From an uncultured delta proteobacterium (GTDB lineage Bacteria > Myxococcota_A > Polyangia > Polyangiales > Polyangiaceae), in contig CAWJCS010000002.1 in NCBI GenBank assembly GCA_963841435.1, positions 896,001-960,000 on the forward strand: a stretch of DNA of 64,000 nucleotides. Reading direction: 5' to 3'. Of the stretch, positions 21,023 to 31,852 are shown in pieces. Made by a program: the position numbers and the translations under genes. Under the pieces are notes generated by a model. It saw only the letters and a list, made by a program, of their open reading frames with translations, was not told the origin of the DNA and did no database searches. Each line of letters opens with the position of its first letter. The first letter of the stretch is position 1.

Positions 21023-22777
21023 CTACGGACCGTTGCCGGGGCGCGGCGCCGGGGCGGCCTTGCCGTCGTCGGTGGCTTCGTCAACGTCGCCGCTCTCGCC
21101 GGGGCCCGCCTTGAGCTCGCTCATGAGGTCCCGGCACTCCGGACGACCCTTGAGATGGCTCATGAGCAGCGCGAAGGCCTCACCGAAGGCCTTCTCGTAC
21201 TTCAGGCCCTCGCGCGTGCGGAGCGCGACTTTTTCGCGACCCGAGCTCAGGTCTTCCTCGAGCGCCTCGGCGTAGCGAGCGAGCTGCCCGCGCAGCTCTT
21301 CGATCTGACGCCGGAGGTCGCCCGCGGTGCTCTCGCGGTTCGTCCGCTTCGCTTCGCGCGTTCGGAGCCACTGCTTCTGGGCCTCGACCATGGCGGCCGC
21401 CGCACCGGCGGCCTCGAACACCTGGCGCGTCCCCTGGCCGGAGCGCTCCGCCTGGTCGGCGATGCTGCCGCGCTCCTTGGAGGTCTGCTCGGCGCGACCG
21501 AGCTCCTGGCTCGCTACGGTTTCCTCCTCGGCGTAGGCAGCGGCCTCGCGCAGCACGCGCGACTCCTCGTGAGCGAGCTCCTCCACCTTGCGGCCGATCT
21601 CCGCGCGGAGGGCACGGCCGCGGCGCTCGAGGGCCTCGAGCTTGCGGGTGTGGCTCGCGATCTCGCCTTCGAGGGCGCTCGCCTTGGCCGCGACGTCCCA
21701 CACGGTGGAAAGCGCCTCCGTGACCTCGGCCGGAGCGTTGCCGGCAGGATAGGCGCGCGTCAGCATGCGCGAAAAGAGCCCGGCGCGGGCGGCCCACTCG
21801 GCGACGCCCGGTGAGCGCGGAGGCGGAGGGGGCGGCGGGGCGGCGGGGGGCGCCTCGGTGCTCTCCTTGTCCCACGATGTGCTCGGCAGCGAACGCTGCA
21901 GGGCCTTGAGCTCCTCGAGCAGGTGATGACCGTCGCGGTAGCGCTTGCGGGAATCCTTCTCGAGGAGCCGGAGCACGATGCGCTCGGCGACGGGGTGGCA
22001 GTTCTTCTGCACCGTGCTCGGTCGGGGTGCCGGAGCGGTGCGCTGCATCTCGAGCAGCGTCTCGCGGTCGGCGGCCTTGAACGGCAGCTGGCCCGTGAGC
22101 ATCTCGAAGAACAGCACGCCGAGCGCGTAGAGGTCCGATTGTGGCCCCGCCTGCTCGCCGCGAGCCTGCTCGGGCGACATGTATTCGGGCGTGCCGAAGA
22201 CGGCGCCCTTCGGCGCGAGGCGCGGATCGTGCGCCAGCGCCGCGAGACCGAAGTCGAGGATCTTGACGAAGTCCTTACGGCCGCCGCGCGCCGTCAGCAG
22301 GATGTTGTCGCTCTTGAGGTCGCGGTGCACGACGCCGAGGTCGTGAGCGCGCGAAAGCGCGGCGCCCATTTGCTCGAGCACATCGACGCCGCGTGCGAGC
22401 TGCAGCGGCCCCTTCGCGAGCTCGTTCGAGAGCGGCGTGCCGACGAGGTACTCCATCACGAGATAGAGCTCGCCGTCGTCGGTCTCGCCGATGTCGTGGA
22501 TGTCGATGATGTGGGCGTGGTCGACACGGTTGGCCGCGCGCGCTTCGCGCAACATCCACGCGCGCAAGTGAGTCTCGCCGCGCAGATCGGGCCGGATGAG
22601 CTTGACCGCCACGACTCGATCGATGAGCACGTGCCGCGCCCGGTAGACGATGCCCATGCCGCCTTCGCCGATGCGCGACTCGAGCCGGTAGCGCCCTGCG
22701 ATGACGCGACCCAGGGAAGGATCTTCCCCTTTTCGTGTTCGAGGTAGCCCCGGCCTCTGGGGTGCTGCCTGTGCCAT
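21023..22777 (-). CDS. Cytoplasmic Ser/Thr protein kinase with C-terminal coiled coil
   Basis: GEGGMG, VAVKLI, HRDLKSDN, DFG, GTPEYMSPE; Pro linker, then a long heptad-rich helix. No TM segment. Confidence 0.93.
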   Translation of the reverse strand: MAQAAPQRPGLPRTRKGEDPSLGRVIAGRYRLESRIGEGGMGIVYRARHVLIDRVVAVKLIRPDLRGETHLRAWMLREARAANRVDHAHIIDIHDIGETDDGELYLVMEYLVGTPLSNELAKGPLQLARGVDVLEQMGAALSRAHDLGVVHRDLKSDNILLTARGGRKDFVKILDFGLAALAHDPRLAPKGAVFGTPEYMSPEQARGEQAGPQSDLYALGVLFFEMLTGQLPFKAADRETLLEMQRTAPAPRPSTVQKNCHPVAERIVLRLLEKDSRKRYRDGHHLLEELKALQRSLPSTSWDKESTEAPPAAPPPPPPPRSPGVAEWAARAGLFSRMLTRAYPAGNAPAEVTEALSTVWDVAAKASALEGEIASHTRKLEALERRGRALRAEIGRKVEELAHEESRVLREAAAYAEEETVASQELGRAEQTSKERGSIADQAERSGQGTRQVFEAAGAAAAMVEAQKQWLRTREAKRTNRESTAGDLRRQIEELRGQLARYAEALEEDLSSGREKVALRTREGLKYEKAFGEAFALLMSHLKGRPECRDLMSELKAGPGESGDVDEATDDGKAAPAPRPGNGP

Positions 22778-22924
22778 GATTGATTTCGGCCTTCGAGCGC
22801 TCGCGCACGAGCACCCGAGTCTCCAATGCTAGCGGGTAGGGTCCGCTAAAGCCAAGGGATAAGCGCTACCGGGAGCCCGACCCCGCCCAGCCGGGCTCGC
22901 GCCCCGTTCGAACTTCTCGAATTC

Positions 22925-23623
22925 TCAGAAAACGACGCTCAGGAACGGGACGCGGACTTCCGTCGTCTGCTCCAGTCCGTACATCGCGATCTCGCGCACG
23001 GTGTAGGTGCCTTGCACCTCGACGGCGGGAATGCTGAGCGCGAGGCGGCCCGGCGAGAAATCGAGCAGTGCCGGCGGAGTGAGCCTGAGCGGCTGCAGCC
23101 GCTCTCGGTGCGCAAGGTGCTTCCTCGGAGGCACGGCGGAGGTGGGCGGTGCCGAGGTAGGTGCGGGTGAGGAAGCAGGCGCAGGCGTTGCGGGAGCGGC
23201 CGGGGTCGGCTGCGGAGGATCGGCGACGGGCTCGTCCGCGGGCGGCGTGTCGACGAGGTAGTCGGCGGGCGGCTGGTAGGCGGTGGCGCTCAAGACGGCC
23301 ACTGTTGTGGGGATCGCCAGCGTGAGCCCGCCGGCGAGCAGCAGCATCGAGACGCGTGCGCTCGCGTTCTGCTCCACGAAGTATCCGCCGACGCCACCTG
23401 CTGCGGCGCCGAGCACGCCACCGCCGAGGTACGCCCACGGCGACTGAACGTCGGCGGCCGCCTCGACCAAGAGCACGACCTCGCCGCCTAGGAGCGCACC
23501 GCCGACGGTCCCTTTCGCGACCGGCGAGGCAGAGTCACGGCCGACGGCCTTGGCGCTCGCGGGCGAGAGCGTCACGAGGCATGCGAGAGGGAACGCGGCG
23601 AGCAGGGTGGGGACAAGGCGCAT
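22925..23623 (-). CDS. Hypothetical exported protein with glycine-zipper helices, Pro-rich linker and C-terminal Phe
   Basis: Signal peptide MRLVPTLLAAF..ASA-KA; GGALLGG and GGGVLGAAAGGVGG; ends VRVPFLSVVF. Confidence 0.7.
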   Translation of the reverse strand: MRLVPTLLAAFPLACLVTLSPASAKAVGRDSASPVAKGTVGGALLGGEVVLLVEAAADVQSPWAYLGGGVLGAAAGGVGGYFVEQNASARVSMLLLAGGLTLAIPTTVAVLSATAYQPPADYLVDTPPADEPVADPPQPTPAAPATPAPASSPAPTSAPPTSAVPPRKHLAHRERLQPLRLTPPALLDFSPGRLALSIPAVEVQGTYTVREIAMYGLEQTTEVRVPFLSVVF

Positions 23624-23825
23624 TGGATGGCTCCGGGAAGCTCCGGGAGGATAACACCCTCGTCTCCTACCGAAAGGCGATTCAGGGCCCAAGGCGATCA
23701 CGCCCGGCGGAGGCACCCGGCCAAAAGGCCGGAAGGCGTGGGCCGGATTGTCCGGGCGGGAGCCCGGTGGTAGACGCCGGGTCGCGTCCCTTCGGCCCAC
23801 ACGGTCCTTTTTACCGGAGAATATC

Positions 23826-25028
23826 GTGCCCCATACGCTTGCCACGCGTCTCGACGCGGTTCAGCCGAGCGCCACCCTCGCCATGACGGCTCGCGCGAAC
23901 GAGCTGCGCGCGGCCGGCCGGAAGATCTACGGATTCGGCGTCGGCGAGCCGGACTTTGCGACCCCCGAGTACATTCGCGAAGCGGCCCAGAAGGCGCTCG
24001 CGACGTCGTCGCACTACACGGCCGTGTCGGGCACGCCCGCGCTCAAGAAGGCGATCTGCGAGGCCACGGCGCGTGATCGCGGCTGGTCGCCCACGCCCGA
24101 TCGCATCACGGTGAGCGTCGGCGCCAAGCACGCCCTCTTCAACCTCGCCATGGCGCTCGTCGATCCGGGCGACGAGGTCGTGATCCCCACGCCCTACTGG
24201 GTGAGCTACCCCGAGCAGGTGCGCCTGTTCGGCGGCAAGCCGGTGTTCGTGACGACGCGCGCGGAAAATGGCTTTCGCATGTCGCCCGACGAGCTCGCGG
24301 CGGCGCTCGGCCCGCGCACCAAGGCGGTGATCCTCTGCACGCCGTCGAACCCGTCCGGTGCCGGCTACGACGCCGCCGAGCTCAAAGCGCTCGCGCGTCT
24401 GTTGCTCGAGAAGACGGACGCCTACGTGATCGTCGACGAAATCTACGGCGAGCTCGTCTACGACGGCTTCGAGCACTCGTCGCTCGGCAAGTTGGCTCCC
24501 GAGCTCGGCGACCGGCTCATCGTCGTCAACGGCGTCAGCAAGACGTACGCGATGACCGGCTGGCGCATCGGTTGGTCGATCACCCCGCCCGCGCTCGCCA
24601 AGGCGCTCGACAAGGTGCAGGGCCAGTCGACCACGAACCCCACCGCCGTGGCGCAAGCGGCCGCCGCGGCGGCGCTGCTCGGCCCGCGCGACGAGGTCAG
24701 GAAGATGGTCGGCGTGTTCGCGGCGCGCCGCAAGCGCATGGTCGACGGCCTGCGCGCCGTCCCGGGCGTTCGTTGCGACATGCCGCGCGGGGCGTTTTAC
24801 GCCTTCCCCGACGTGACGGGCCTCTACGGCATCCGTCATCAGGGCAAGGCGCTCGCGAGCGCGAACGACGTGACGCTCTGGCAGCTCGACGTTTGCGGCA
24901 TCGCCGCGGTCGCCGGGGAGCCGTTCGGCGCGCCGGGGCACGTCCGCTACACCTACGCGTCAGCCGAGTCGGTCATCGACGAGGCGCTGGCAGCGCTGAA
25001 GGACGCCGTCGAGCGCGCCGAGCGCTGA
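23826..25028 (+). CDS. aspC: PLP-dependent aminotransferase class I (aspartate aminotransferase-like)
   Basis: GEPDF, GAKHAL, PYWVSY, PSNPSG, DEIY, SKTYAMTGWRIG (PLP lysine), GAFY. Confidence 0.9.
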   Translation: MPHTLATRLDAVQPSATLAMTARANELRAAGRKIYGFGVGEPDFATPEYIREAAQKALATSSHYTAVSGTPALKKAICEATARDRGWSPTPDRITVSVGAKHALFNLAMALVDPGDEVVIPTPYWVSYPEQVRLFGGKPVFVTTRAENGFRMSPDELAAALGPRTKAVILCTPSNPSGAGYDAAELKALARLLLEKTDAYVIVDEIYGELVYDGFEHSSLGKLAPELGDRLIVVNGVSKTYAMTGWRIGWSITPPALAKALDKVQGQSTTNPTAVAQAAAAAALLGPRDEVRKMVGVFAARRKRMVDGLRAVPGVRCDMPRGAFYAFPDVTGLYGIRHQGKALASANDVTLWQLDVCGIAAVAGEPFGAPGHVRYTYASAESVIDEALAALKDAVERAER

Positions 25029-25035
25029 GCACCGC

Positions 25036-25935
25036 ATGAGCGATTCCCCCAGCTCCGTCGCCGTGGCCGGCTCCGCCCAGCAGGGCGGGATGACAGGCGC
25101 GCTCGTCGAGCTCACGAAGCCCAGCGTGCTCGGCCTCGTGATGGTGACGGCGTTCGCGGGAGCGCTCGTAGCCGAGGGCGCGCTGCCGTTCGGGCGCGTG
25201 CTCGTTGCGTTGCTCGGCACCTCACTCGTCGTCGGCGCGGCCAACGCGCTCAACATGTACGCCGAGCGCGACGCCGACGTGCACATGAGCCGCACGCGAC
25301 GGCGGCCGCTGCCGTCGGGGCGGCTCGCGCCGGAAGTGGCGCTCGGGTTCGGGCTGCTGTCCGCGAGCCTCGGGCTCAACGTGCTCGGGCTCGCGGCGGG
25401 CGGGCTCGCCTGCGGCCTCACGCTGCTTGCCTTCGTGAGCTACGTGTTCGTGTACACGCCGCTCAAGCGCGTGTCGCCCATCGCGCTCTGGGTGGGTGCG
25501 CTCCCGGGCGCGCTGCCGCCGCTCATCGGCTATGCCGCCGCCCGCGGCACGCTGGGCGCGCCCGCACTCTGGCTGTTCGCCATACTCTTCTTCTGGCAGA
25601 TCCCGCATTTCATCGCGATCGCGCTGTTTCGCGAGCAGGAATATCGGCGCGCGGGCATGCAGGTGCTCCCCGTGGCACGTGGGGCGGACGCCGCCGTGCG
25701 CGCCATGCGCGTCTGGACGCTCGTGCTCGCTGTCCTCGCGCTCTTGCCCCTGCCGCTCGGCGCCGTCAGGCTCGGTTACGCGCTCGTCGCCGTGCCGTCG
25801 AGCATCGCGTTCGTCGCGCTCGTCTTCTGCGGCCCGCGCGGCGTGACGCGCGACCGCTGGGCCCGCCGCGTGTTCTTCGCGTCGATGCCGTACCTCGTCG
25901 TGCTTTTCGCGGCGTTCGTCGCTTCGTCGATCTAG
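25036..25935 (+). CDS. cyoE: Protoheme IX farnesyltransferase (heme O synthase)
   Basis: LTKP, NALNMYAERDAD..MSRTRRRPLPSG, YTPLKR, GALPPLIG, FFWQIPHF. Confidence 0.95.
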   Translation: MSDSPSSVAVAGSAQQGGMTGALVELTKPSVLGLVMVTAFAGALVAEGALPFGRVLVALLGTSLVVGAANALNMYAERDADVHMSRTRRRPLPSGRLAPEVALGFGLLSASLGLNVLGLAAGGLACGLTLLAFVSYVFVYTPLKRVSPIALWVGALPGALPPLIGYAAARGTLGAPALWLFAILFFWQIPHFIAIALFREQEYRRAGMQVLPVARGADAAVRAMRVWTLVLAVLALLPLPLGAVRLGYALVAVPSSIAFVALVFCGPRGVTRDRWARRVFFASMPYLVVLFAAFVASSI

Positions 25936-25991
25936 AAACGGCCGCTCTGGCAGGCGACGGGCTCGAGCGACAGCCGCTCGGGGCGCGCGGC

Positions 25992-26990
25992 TCAGCGGTT
26001 GCTTTTTGGCATGGCGTACGCGGGAACGGCAATGCCCGCGACGACTAGCAAGAGGGCCGGGATCGGCACGTCGGGCGACCCGCGCGCCGTGAGGCAAAGG
26101 GCCATGAGCGGTGCGAAGGGCGAACGGCGCGCCGCGAAGACGCCCCCGGCGGCGGCGACCAGGCTCCCCACCTCGAGCACGAGCCGCGCCGCGGGCGGCA
26201 CGAAGGGTGGCGGGCCGTGCAAGAGCGCGCTGGCGGCGCGGGCGATCACGACCTCGGCCGTTGACGCGCCGAGGCGCAGCGAGGTGCGGAGCGTGACGAC
26301 GAGCGCGAGGCTCAGCACCATGCTCGCGACCGCGAGGATGATGCTGCGATGCTTGCTGCCGCCCGCGACGAACGCAGCGGCGATGGCGATCAGCACGAGC
26401 TCCAGCACGAAGCCGAGCGTCATTAGCCCACCTGCCACGCGATAGCTCGTGGCCGAGCCGTCCGCGACGGCGGCGGAGGCCAGGCTCAGGCCCGCGAAGT
26501 CTATAGCGCCGGACACCGCGGTGAGCGCGAGCACGAGCCCGAGGGCACGGCTCGCCGGAAAATAGAGGGCGATCGGCGCGCCGCCCGCGGCGCTGACGAG
26601 CGAGGTCACGGCGAGCGCGCTGCCGAGCTGCGGTTCCAGCACGCGACCGGTCGCAATCATCGTGAGGGCGCTCGTCGCGACGACCGCCGGGATGACCACC
26701 ATGCGGTAGCCGATACCGAGGCCACCGCGCGAGAGCGCCACGCCCACGGCGCGCAGGGCGAAAGCTACGCCGCCCGCTGCGACCGCCTGGCTCGATACGT
26801 TGCCGAGCGCCTGCGCCGCCATGATCCAGCGGCCGAGGCCGGTGCCCGAGCCGAACAGGGCTGGCGACAGCAGGCGTCCGAACGTCGTGGCGACGAGCGC
26901 GAGGCCTGCGAACAGCGCGAGGGGCACACCTTCGGGTAGACCTGGCGCGACCGTCGGCGCGCGGGCCGCTGAGCCTTCAGTTCGAGACAT
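25992..26990 (-). CDS. Hypothetical polytopic membrane protein
   Basis: Roughly 9-10 hydrophobic segments; start overlaps the stop of the upstream TonB-domain gene. Confidence 0.65.
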   Translation of the reverse strand: MSRTEGSAARAPTVAPGLPEGVPLALFAGLALVATTFGRLLSPALFGSGTGLGRWIMAAQALGNVSSQAVAAGGVAFALRAVGVALSRGGLGIGYRMVVIPAVVATSALTMIATGRVLEPQLGSALAVTSLVSAAGGAPIALYFPASRALGLVLALTAVSGAIDFAGLSLASAAVADGSATSYRVAGGLMTLGFVLELVLIAIAAAFVAGGSKHRSIILAVASMVLSLALVVTLRTSLRLGASTAEVVIARAASALLHGPPPFVPPAARLVLEVGSLVAAAGGVFAARRSPFAPLMALCLTARGSPDVPIPALLLVVAGIAVPAYAMPKSNR

Positions 26991-28746
26991 CGGCGAGCGT
27001 CAAGCGACCGGGTCGAGCGGGCGGCGGGCTGACGCTGCCGTGGCGCGACGGTGCTTCCGACTCCGGGGGCGTCGCCGGTAGCGGCAAGCTCGGCGGGATG
27101 GCGCGCGGCGCGCCCTTCAAGATGAACGGGCGGGCGAAGTAGGTGGAGCAGGCTTCGTCCCGGTTGCGGTGGAACTCCCAGTGAAAGTAGACGTTGCCGT
27201 CGGGGGACACGATCTCGCGCGGCGGTGGGCCGAACGGCTGCGCGCGCTGCACGGACTCGAGCGCGGCGACGTCGAAGGCGGTGACGCCGCTGGTCTTGGT
27301 CACGCCCATGCGCTGGATGCGGCCTTCTTCCTTGTCGAGAACGATCTCGAGGTTGGTCGTGATCTCCTGGCGGTTCAGCGGGTGGCTGTCCGGCAGGCTG
27401 TCGAGCGAGTCCAAAAACCCTTCGGCGAAGATCGGGTGGATGCGGTTGTGGATGCGGTTCAGGTAATTCGCGAAGGGTACTCTGGCCGTGTTGAGAGCGG
27501 TCTGGTTGCCGGGCTTCACGCTGGCGACGTAGTTTTCGATTGCGGAGCGCCAGCGCTCGATGCCCACCGGCCGCCAGTGCCCGGCGTGCTGACTGCGCCG
27601 CCGCTCGCCGTCGGCACGCCGCTCGCGCGCGAGCTGATCGGTGCCGATCGCGCTCACGGCGACCTGTGGCGAAAGGTTCAGGTTCACACCGCCCGGTGTG
27701 AGGCCGCTCGCTCCGAGCCCCAAAAGGTCGGTCCTCCCCGAGCTTCTCAGCGGAGGCAGCGAGCGCTTCTTGCGCCCGACCTGCCCGCGCTGGTCGATCG
27801 AGGCGGTCTGCTCGCGCGGCATTTCGAACGTGCCATGGCCCGACTCGAGGACCTCCGGCACCTCGTCCGCCGCGTGCAGCTCGGCCTTAGCCTCGGCGCC
27901 ATCCTGCGCCGGCCGGGGCTGCTTCGCATCCGCCGTTGCGCCGTGCTGCTCGCCGGCGCGCCGGAGCTCCGTGCCGCTCGCCGACGGCGGCCGCGCGGGT
28001 GCCGGTACCATCGCGAAGCGCAGCTCGCTCGGTTTCTTGTTCGGCTCCTCGGCGGGCGCACGCTCTTTCTCGCCACGGCGGTCCTCGCTGTCGGCGATAC
28101 GCGTCGTGTCGGAGTCGCCAGGATCGTTGGGGTCGCTACCGGGTTGTGCGGCGCCACCGGGCGTCGGGTGGGCGTCGTCCTGATCGTGGGAGGTGATGTG
28201 CGCCTGCGTCTGCTCCCTGACGCGGTTCGCCTCGTTGCCGATGAACTCCGCGTCCGGATTGTCTTCCTGGTCGGGCTTCACGTGTTGTTTTACGGCGACG
28301 CGTCGATCCGCCTTGACCGGCAGCTCGGGAACCGCGACCGCCTCCTCCGGCTTCTTCTGCTCCTCGGGCTTTTGCTTCTTCTGCTCCTCGGGCACCTTCG
28401 GGGGCTCGCGCTCGGGCTCCTTGTCGGGCATGGCGCTCGCCTCGGGTACGGGAGCTTCGTCGCGTTCTGCGCTCTTCTCGTCGGGGGGCTCCGTCGGGTC
28501 CGGCTTGTCTTCCTCGGGTGCGGCCGGATCTTTCCGTGCGGGCGGCTCGCTCTCTTCGAGAAGCGAGACCTCGATGGGCCGGGTCTCGCCGCGCACGAAG
28601 CGCCGCACCGACGCGGCGAACTCGCGGATCTCCACCTTCTCCTCGATGACCTCGGCGACCTTGTCCGCACCGCCGCCCCAGAGGAGGTGCGCGACCACGG
28701 CGGTCGCGATCCAGAGGAAAAGGGGGATCTGGGCGTCGCGGGTCAT
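26977..28746 (-). CDS. TonB-family protein (N-terminal TM anchor, long charged linker, TonB C-terminal domain)
   Basis: TM with AVVAH; Pro/Glu/Lys-rich linker; C-terminal [36 protein letters not shown]. Confidence 0.75.
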   Translation of the reverse strand: MTRDAQIPLFLWIATAVVAHLLWGGGADKVAEVIEEKVEIREFAASVRRFVRGETRPIEVSLLEESEPPARKDPAAPEEDKPDPTEPPDEKSAERDEAPVPEASAMPDKEPEREPPKVPEEQKKQKPEEQKKPEEAVAVPELPVKADRRVAVKQHVKPDQEDNPDAEFIGNEANRVREQTQAHITSHDQDDAHPTPGGAAQPGSDPNDPGDSDTTRIADSEDRRGEKERAPAEEPNKKPSELRFAMVPAPARPPSASGTELRRAGEQHGATADAKQPRPAQDGAEAKAELHAADEVPEVLESGHGTFEMPREQTASIDQRGQVGRKKRSLPPLRSSGRTDLLGLGASGLTPGGVNLNLSPQVAVSAIGTDQLARERRADGERRRSQHAGHWRPVGIERWRSAIENYVASVKPGNQTALNTARVPFANYLNRIHNRIHPIFAEGFLDSLDSLPDSHPLNRQEITTNLEIVLDKEEGRIQRMGVTKTSGVTAFDVAALESVQRAQPFGPPPREIVSPDGNVYFHWEFHRNRDEACSTYFARPFILKGAPRAIPPSLPLPATPPESEAPSRHGSVSPPPARPGRLTLADVSN

Positions 28747-28817
28747 CGGAACGCTTTCGCCTCGCTCAACCTATCATTCGGCCCAGGGGCCAGCAATCAC
28801 GGGCCCCTCGGCCGGGG

Positions 28818-29663
28818 TCAGAGCTTCGCGATGGCCTCGAAGTGCTCGGCGATTTCGGCAGCGGTCCAAATTCCCCCGTCGCCATCCTTGTACTTGCCGC
28901 TGCTCTCCACGACCTTGAACACGCTCATGCGCGCGCCCGCGACGGCGAGCACCAGGCCCGTCCTGTCACCCGAAAGCTCGCTCGCAAGGAACAGATGGGC
29001 GGGCGCGACGTGCTCCGGCGACAGCGTGTCCTCGATCTTTTCGAACATGGGAAGATCCTCGGTCATGCGCGTCTTCGCGACGGGAGCGACGGCGTTCACC
29101 ATGATGCCGTAGCGCTGCAGCTCGATGGAAGCGGTGCGCGTGAGGCCGTAGATGCCCGCCTTGGCCGCCGCGTAATTCGACTGCCCGAAGTTGCCGAGCA
29201 GCCCCGAGATGCTCGTGGTGTTGACGATGCGTCCCGAGCCTTGCTCCTTCATGCGGAGCGCCGCCGCCTGCGTGCACAGGAAGGTACCCGTGAGGTGCAC
29301 GCCGAGCACGGCGTTCCATTGCTCGAGGTCCATCTTGAGCAGCGTCTTGTCACGCAGGATCCCGGCGTTGTTGACGAGCACGTCGATGCGCCCGAACTCT
29401 CGGACGGCCGTCTCCACCACCCGCTTCGCCCCCTCGGGGCTCGCCACGCTGTCGTAGCTCGGTACCGCCGTGCCGCCCGCCGCACGGATCGCCGAGACGA
29501 CCTCGTCGGCGGCTGCCGACTCGGAGCCATCCCCGGCACGGCTGCCGCCGAGGTCGTTGACGACGACCTTCCCGCCTTCGCTACCGAAGAGCAGCGCGGT
29601 CGCGCGGCCGATGCCGTTGCCGGCCCCCGTGATGACGACGGATTTTCCAGCGAGGAGTCCCAT
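28818..29663 (-). CDS. Short-chain dehydrogenase/reductase (hydroxyacyl-CoA dehydrogenase-like)
   Basis: [29 protein letters not shown]. Confidence 0.92.
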   Translation of the reverse strand: MGLLAGKSVVITGAGNGIGRATALLFGSEGGKVVVNDLGGSRAGDGSESAAADEVVSAIRAAGGTAVPSYDSVASPEGAKRVVETAVREFGRIDVLVNNAGILRDKTLLKMDLEQWNAVLGVHLTGTFLCTQAAALRMKEQGSGRIVNTTSISGLLGNFGQSNYAAAKAGIYGLTRTASIELQRYGIMVNAVAPVAKTRMTEDLPMFEKIEDTLSPEHVAPAHLFLASELSGDRTGLVLAVAGARMSVFKVVESSGKYKDGDGGIWTAAEIAEHFEAIAKL

Positions 29664-29741
29664 GCGACTAGCCTACGCCGGCCGCAGGCGCTTGGGAAAC
29701 GCCTCGTTCGGCTGCGACCTGCCTGCTACGCTCGCGGCGCC

Positions 29742-31839
29742 ATGTCGCGTCGCTTGCTGGTCACGTCCGCGCTGCCCTACGCGAACGGTCCCATTCATCT
29801 CGGGCACATGCTCGAGCACGTGCAGACCAACATCTGGGTGCGCTTCCAGCGCCTGCGCGGGCGGCGCGTCGCCTACCTGTGCGCCGACGACACGCACGGG
29901 ACCGCCATCATGGTCCGAGCGCGCAAGGAGGGTCGCAAGGAGGAAGAGATCATCCGCGACAGCAGCCTCGACCACCAGCGCGACTTCAACGGCTTCGACG
30001 TGCGCTTCGATCACTACGGCAGCACCCATTCGCCGCAAAATCGCGCGCTCTGCGCCGAAATTTGGGCGGCGCTCCGGGGCAAGGGGCTCGTCGTCGAAAA
30101 GGAGGTCGTCCAGCTCTTCGACCCCGAGGCCGGTGTGTTCCTCGCCGACCGCTTCGTCAAGGGAACCTGCCCACGCTGTGGCACGAAGGACCAGTACGGC
30201 GACTCCTGCGAAAGCTGCGGCAGCACCTACACCCCTGCGGATCTCAAAGATCCGGTGAGCACACTGAGCGGCGCGCGTCCCGAGCTCAGGAGCGCCCAGC
30301 ACCACTTCGTGCAGATCGAGAGCCTGCACACGTTCCTCGCGGAGTTCATCGCGAAGCCGGGCCGGCTCCAGCCCGAGATCGCGAACTACCTCACGGGCTT
30401 CTTCCTCGCCGAGCCGCTGCGCGACTGGGACGTGTCGCGTCCGGCGCCGTACTTCGGCTTCGAGATCCCCGATGCGCCGGGGCACTACTGGTACGTGTGG
30501 TTCGACGCGCCGATCGGCTACATGGCTGCGACGGCCGAGTGGTGCGAAAAGGGAGGCGAGGCCTTCACCGACTGGTGGTGCTCGCCCGACACCGAGATCG
30601 TTCACTTCATCGGCAAGGACATCACCTACTTTCACACGCTGTTCTGGCCGGCGATGCTGAAGAGCGCCGATTTCCAGCTGCCCGCGCGCGTCCAGGTGCA
30701 CGGATTTTTGACGATCAACGGCGAGAAGATGAGCAAATCGCGGGGCACGTTTCTGCTCGCCTCGACCTACCTCGAGCACCTCGACGCGGAGTACCTGCGC
30801 TACTACTTCGCGAGCAAGCTCACGAGCGGCGTCGATGATCTCGACCTCGACCTTTCGGAGTTCGTCTCGCGCGTCAACTCGGACCTCGTGGGCAAGGTGG
30901 TGAACCTCGCGAGCCGCACGGCGCGCTTCGTCGAAACGCTGGGTCTCTCGCCCGCGTACCCGGACGACGGCGGCCTGTTTGCCCAGGCCGAAAGCGCCGG
31001 CGCGGAAATCGCGCTGGCGTACGAAGCGTGCGACTACGCCCGCGCCATGCGCATCGTGATGAGCCTCGCCGATCGTGCCAACGAGTACGTCGACCGCTCC
31101 GAGCCATGGAAGCTCGCCAAGCAGCCCGACCAGGCCGAGCGCCTGCGTGACGTGTGCACGGTGACCTTGAACCTTTACCGGCAGATCGCGCTCTATCTTT
31201 CGCCCGTGCTCCCCAAGCTCGCCGCCAAGAGCGCGGAGCTCTTGCGCGCGCCGTTTTCCGACTGGAGCGAAGCCGGGACCCCGATCGTCGGCGCCGCCAT
31301 CGGCCGCTTTTCGCACCTGATGCAGCGTGTGGATCCGAAGAAGGTCGAACGCCGTGCTCGCGGCGCACGCGCCGGCAGATGCCGCGGCGCCCCTCGCGGC
31401 CACCGCGCCGAAGAGCCCCGCCGGCGCAGCGCTCGAAGCCGGCACACCCGGCGACGGCGCGGCACCGCCCGACGACGACGGCGCCGCGCTCACCGCGGAG
31501 CCGCTCGTCGCCGAGTGCAGCATCGACGATTTTTCGAAGATCGACCTGCGCGTGGCGCGCGTCCTCGCTGCCGAGGACGTGGCCGGCGCGAAGAAGCTCT
31601 TGAAGCTGACGCTGGGCCTCGGCGGCGGGGTGACGCGGCAGGTCTTCGCGGGCATCAAGAGCGCCTACTCGCCTGCCGAGCTCGTGGGGCGCCTCGTCGT
31701 TTGCGTCGCGAACCTCGCGCCGCGACAGATGAAGTTCGGCACGAGCGAGGGCATGGTGATCGCCGCCGGTCCCGGCGAAAAGGACATCTTTTTGCTCTCG
31801 CCCGACTCGGGTGCGAAGCCGGGCCAGCGCGTTCGCTAG
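29742..31839 (+). CDS. metG: Methionine--tRNA ligase with C-terminal tRNA-binding OB domain, apparent +1 frameshift at about 31348-31350
   Basis: [13 protein letters not shown], two Zn knuckles, [15 protein letters not shown]. The C-terminal domain ([33 protein letters not shown]) lies in the +1 frame. Confidence 0.95.
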
Positions 31840-31852
31840 AGCTTCTCCCCCC

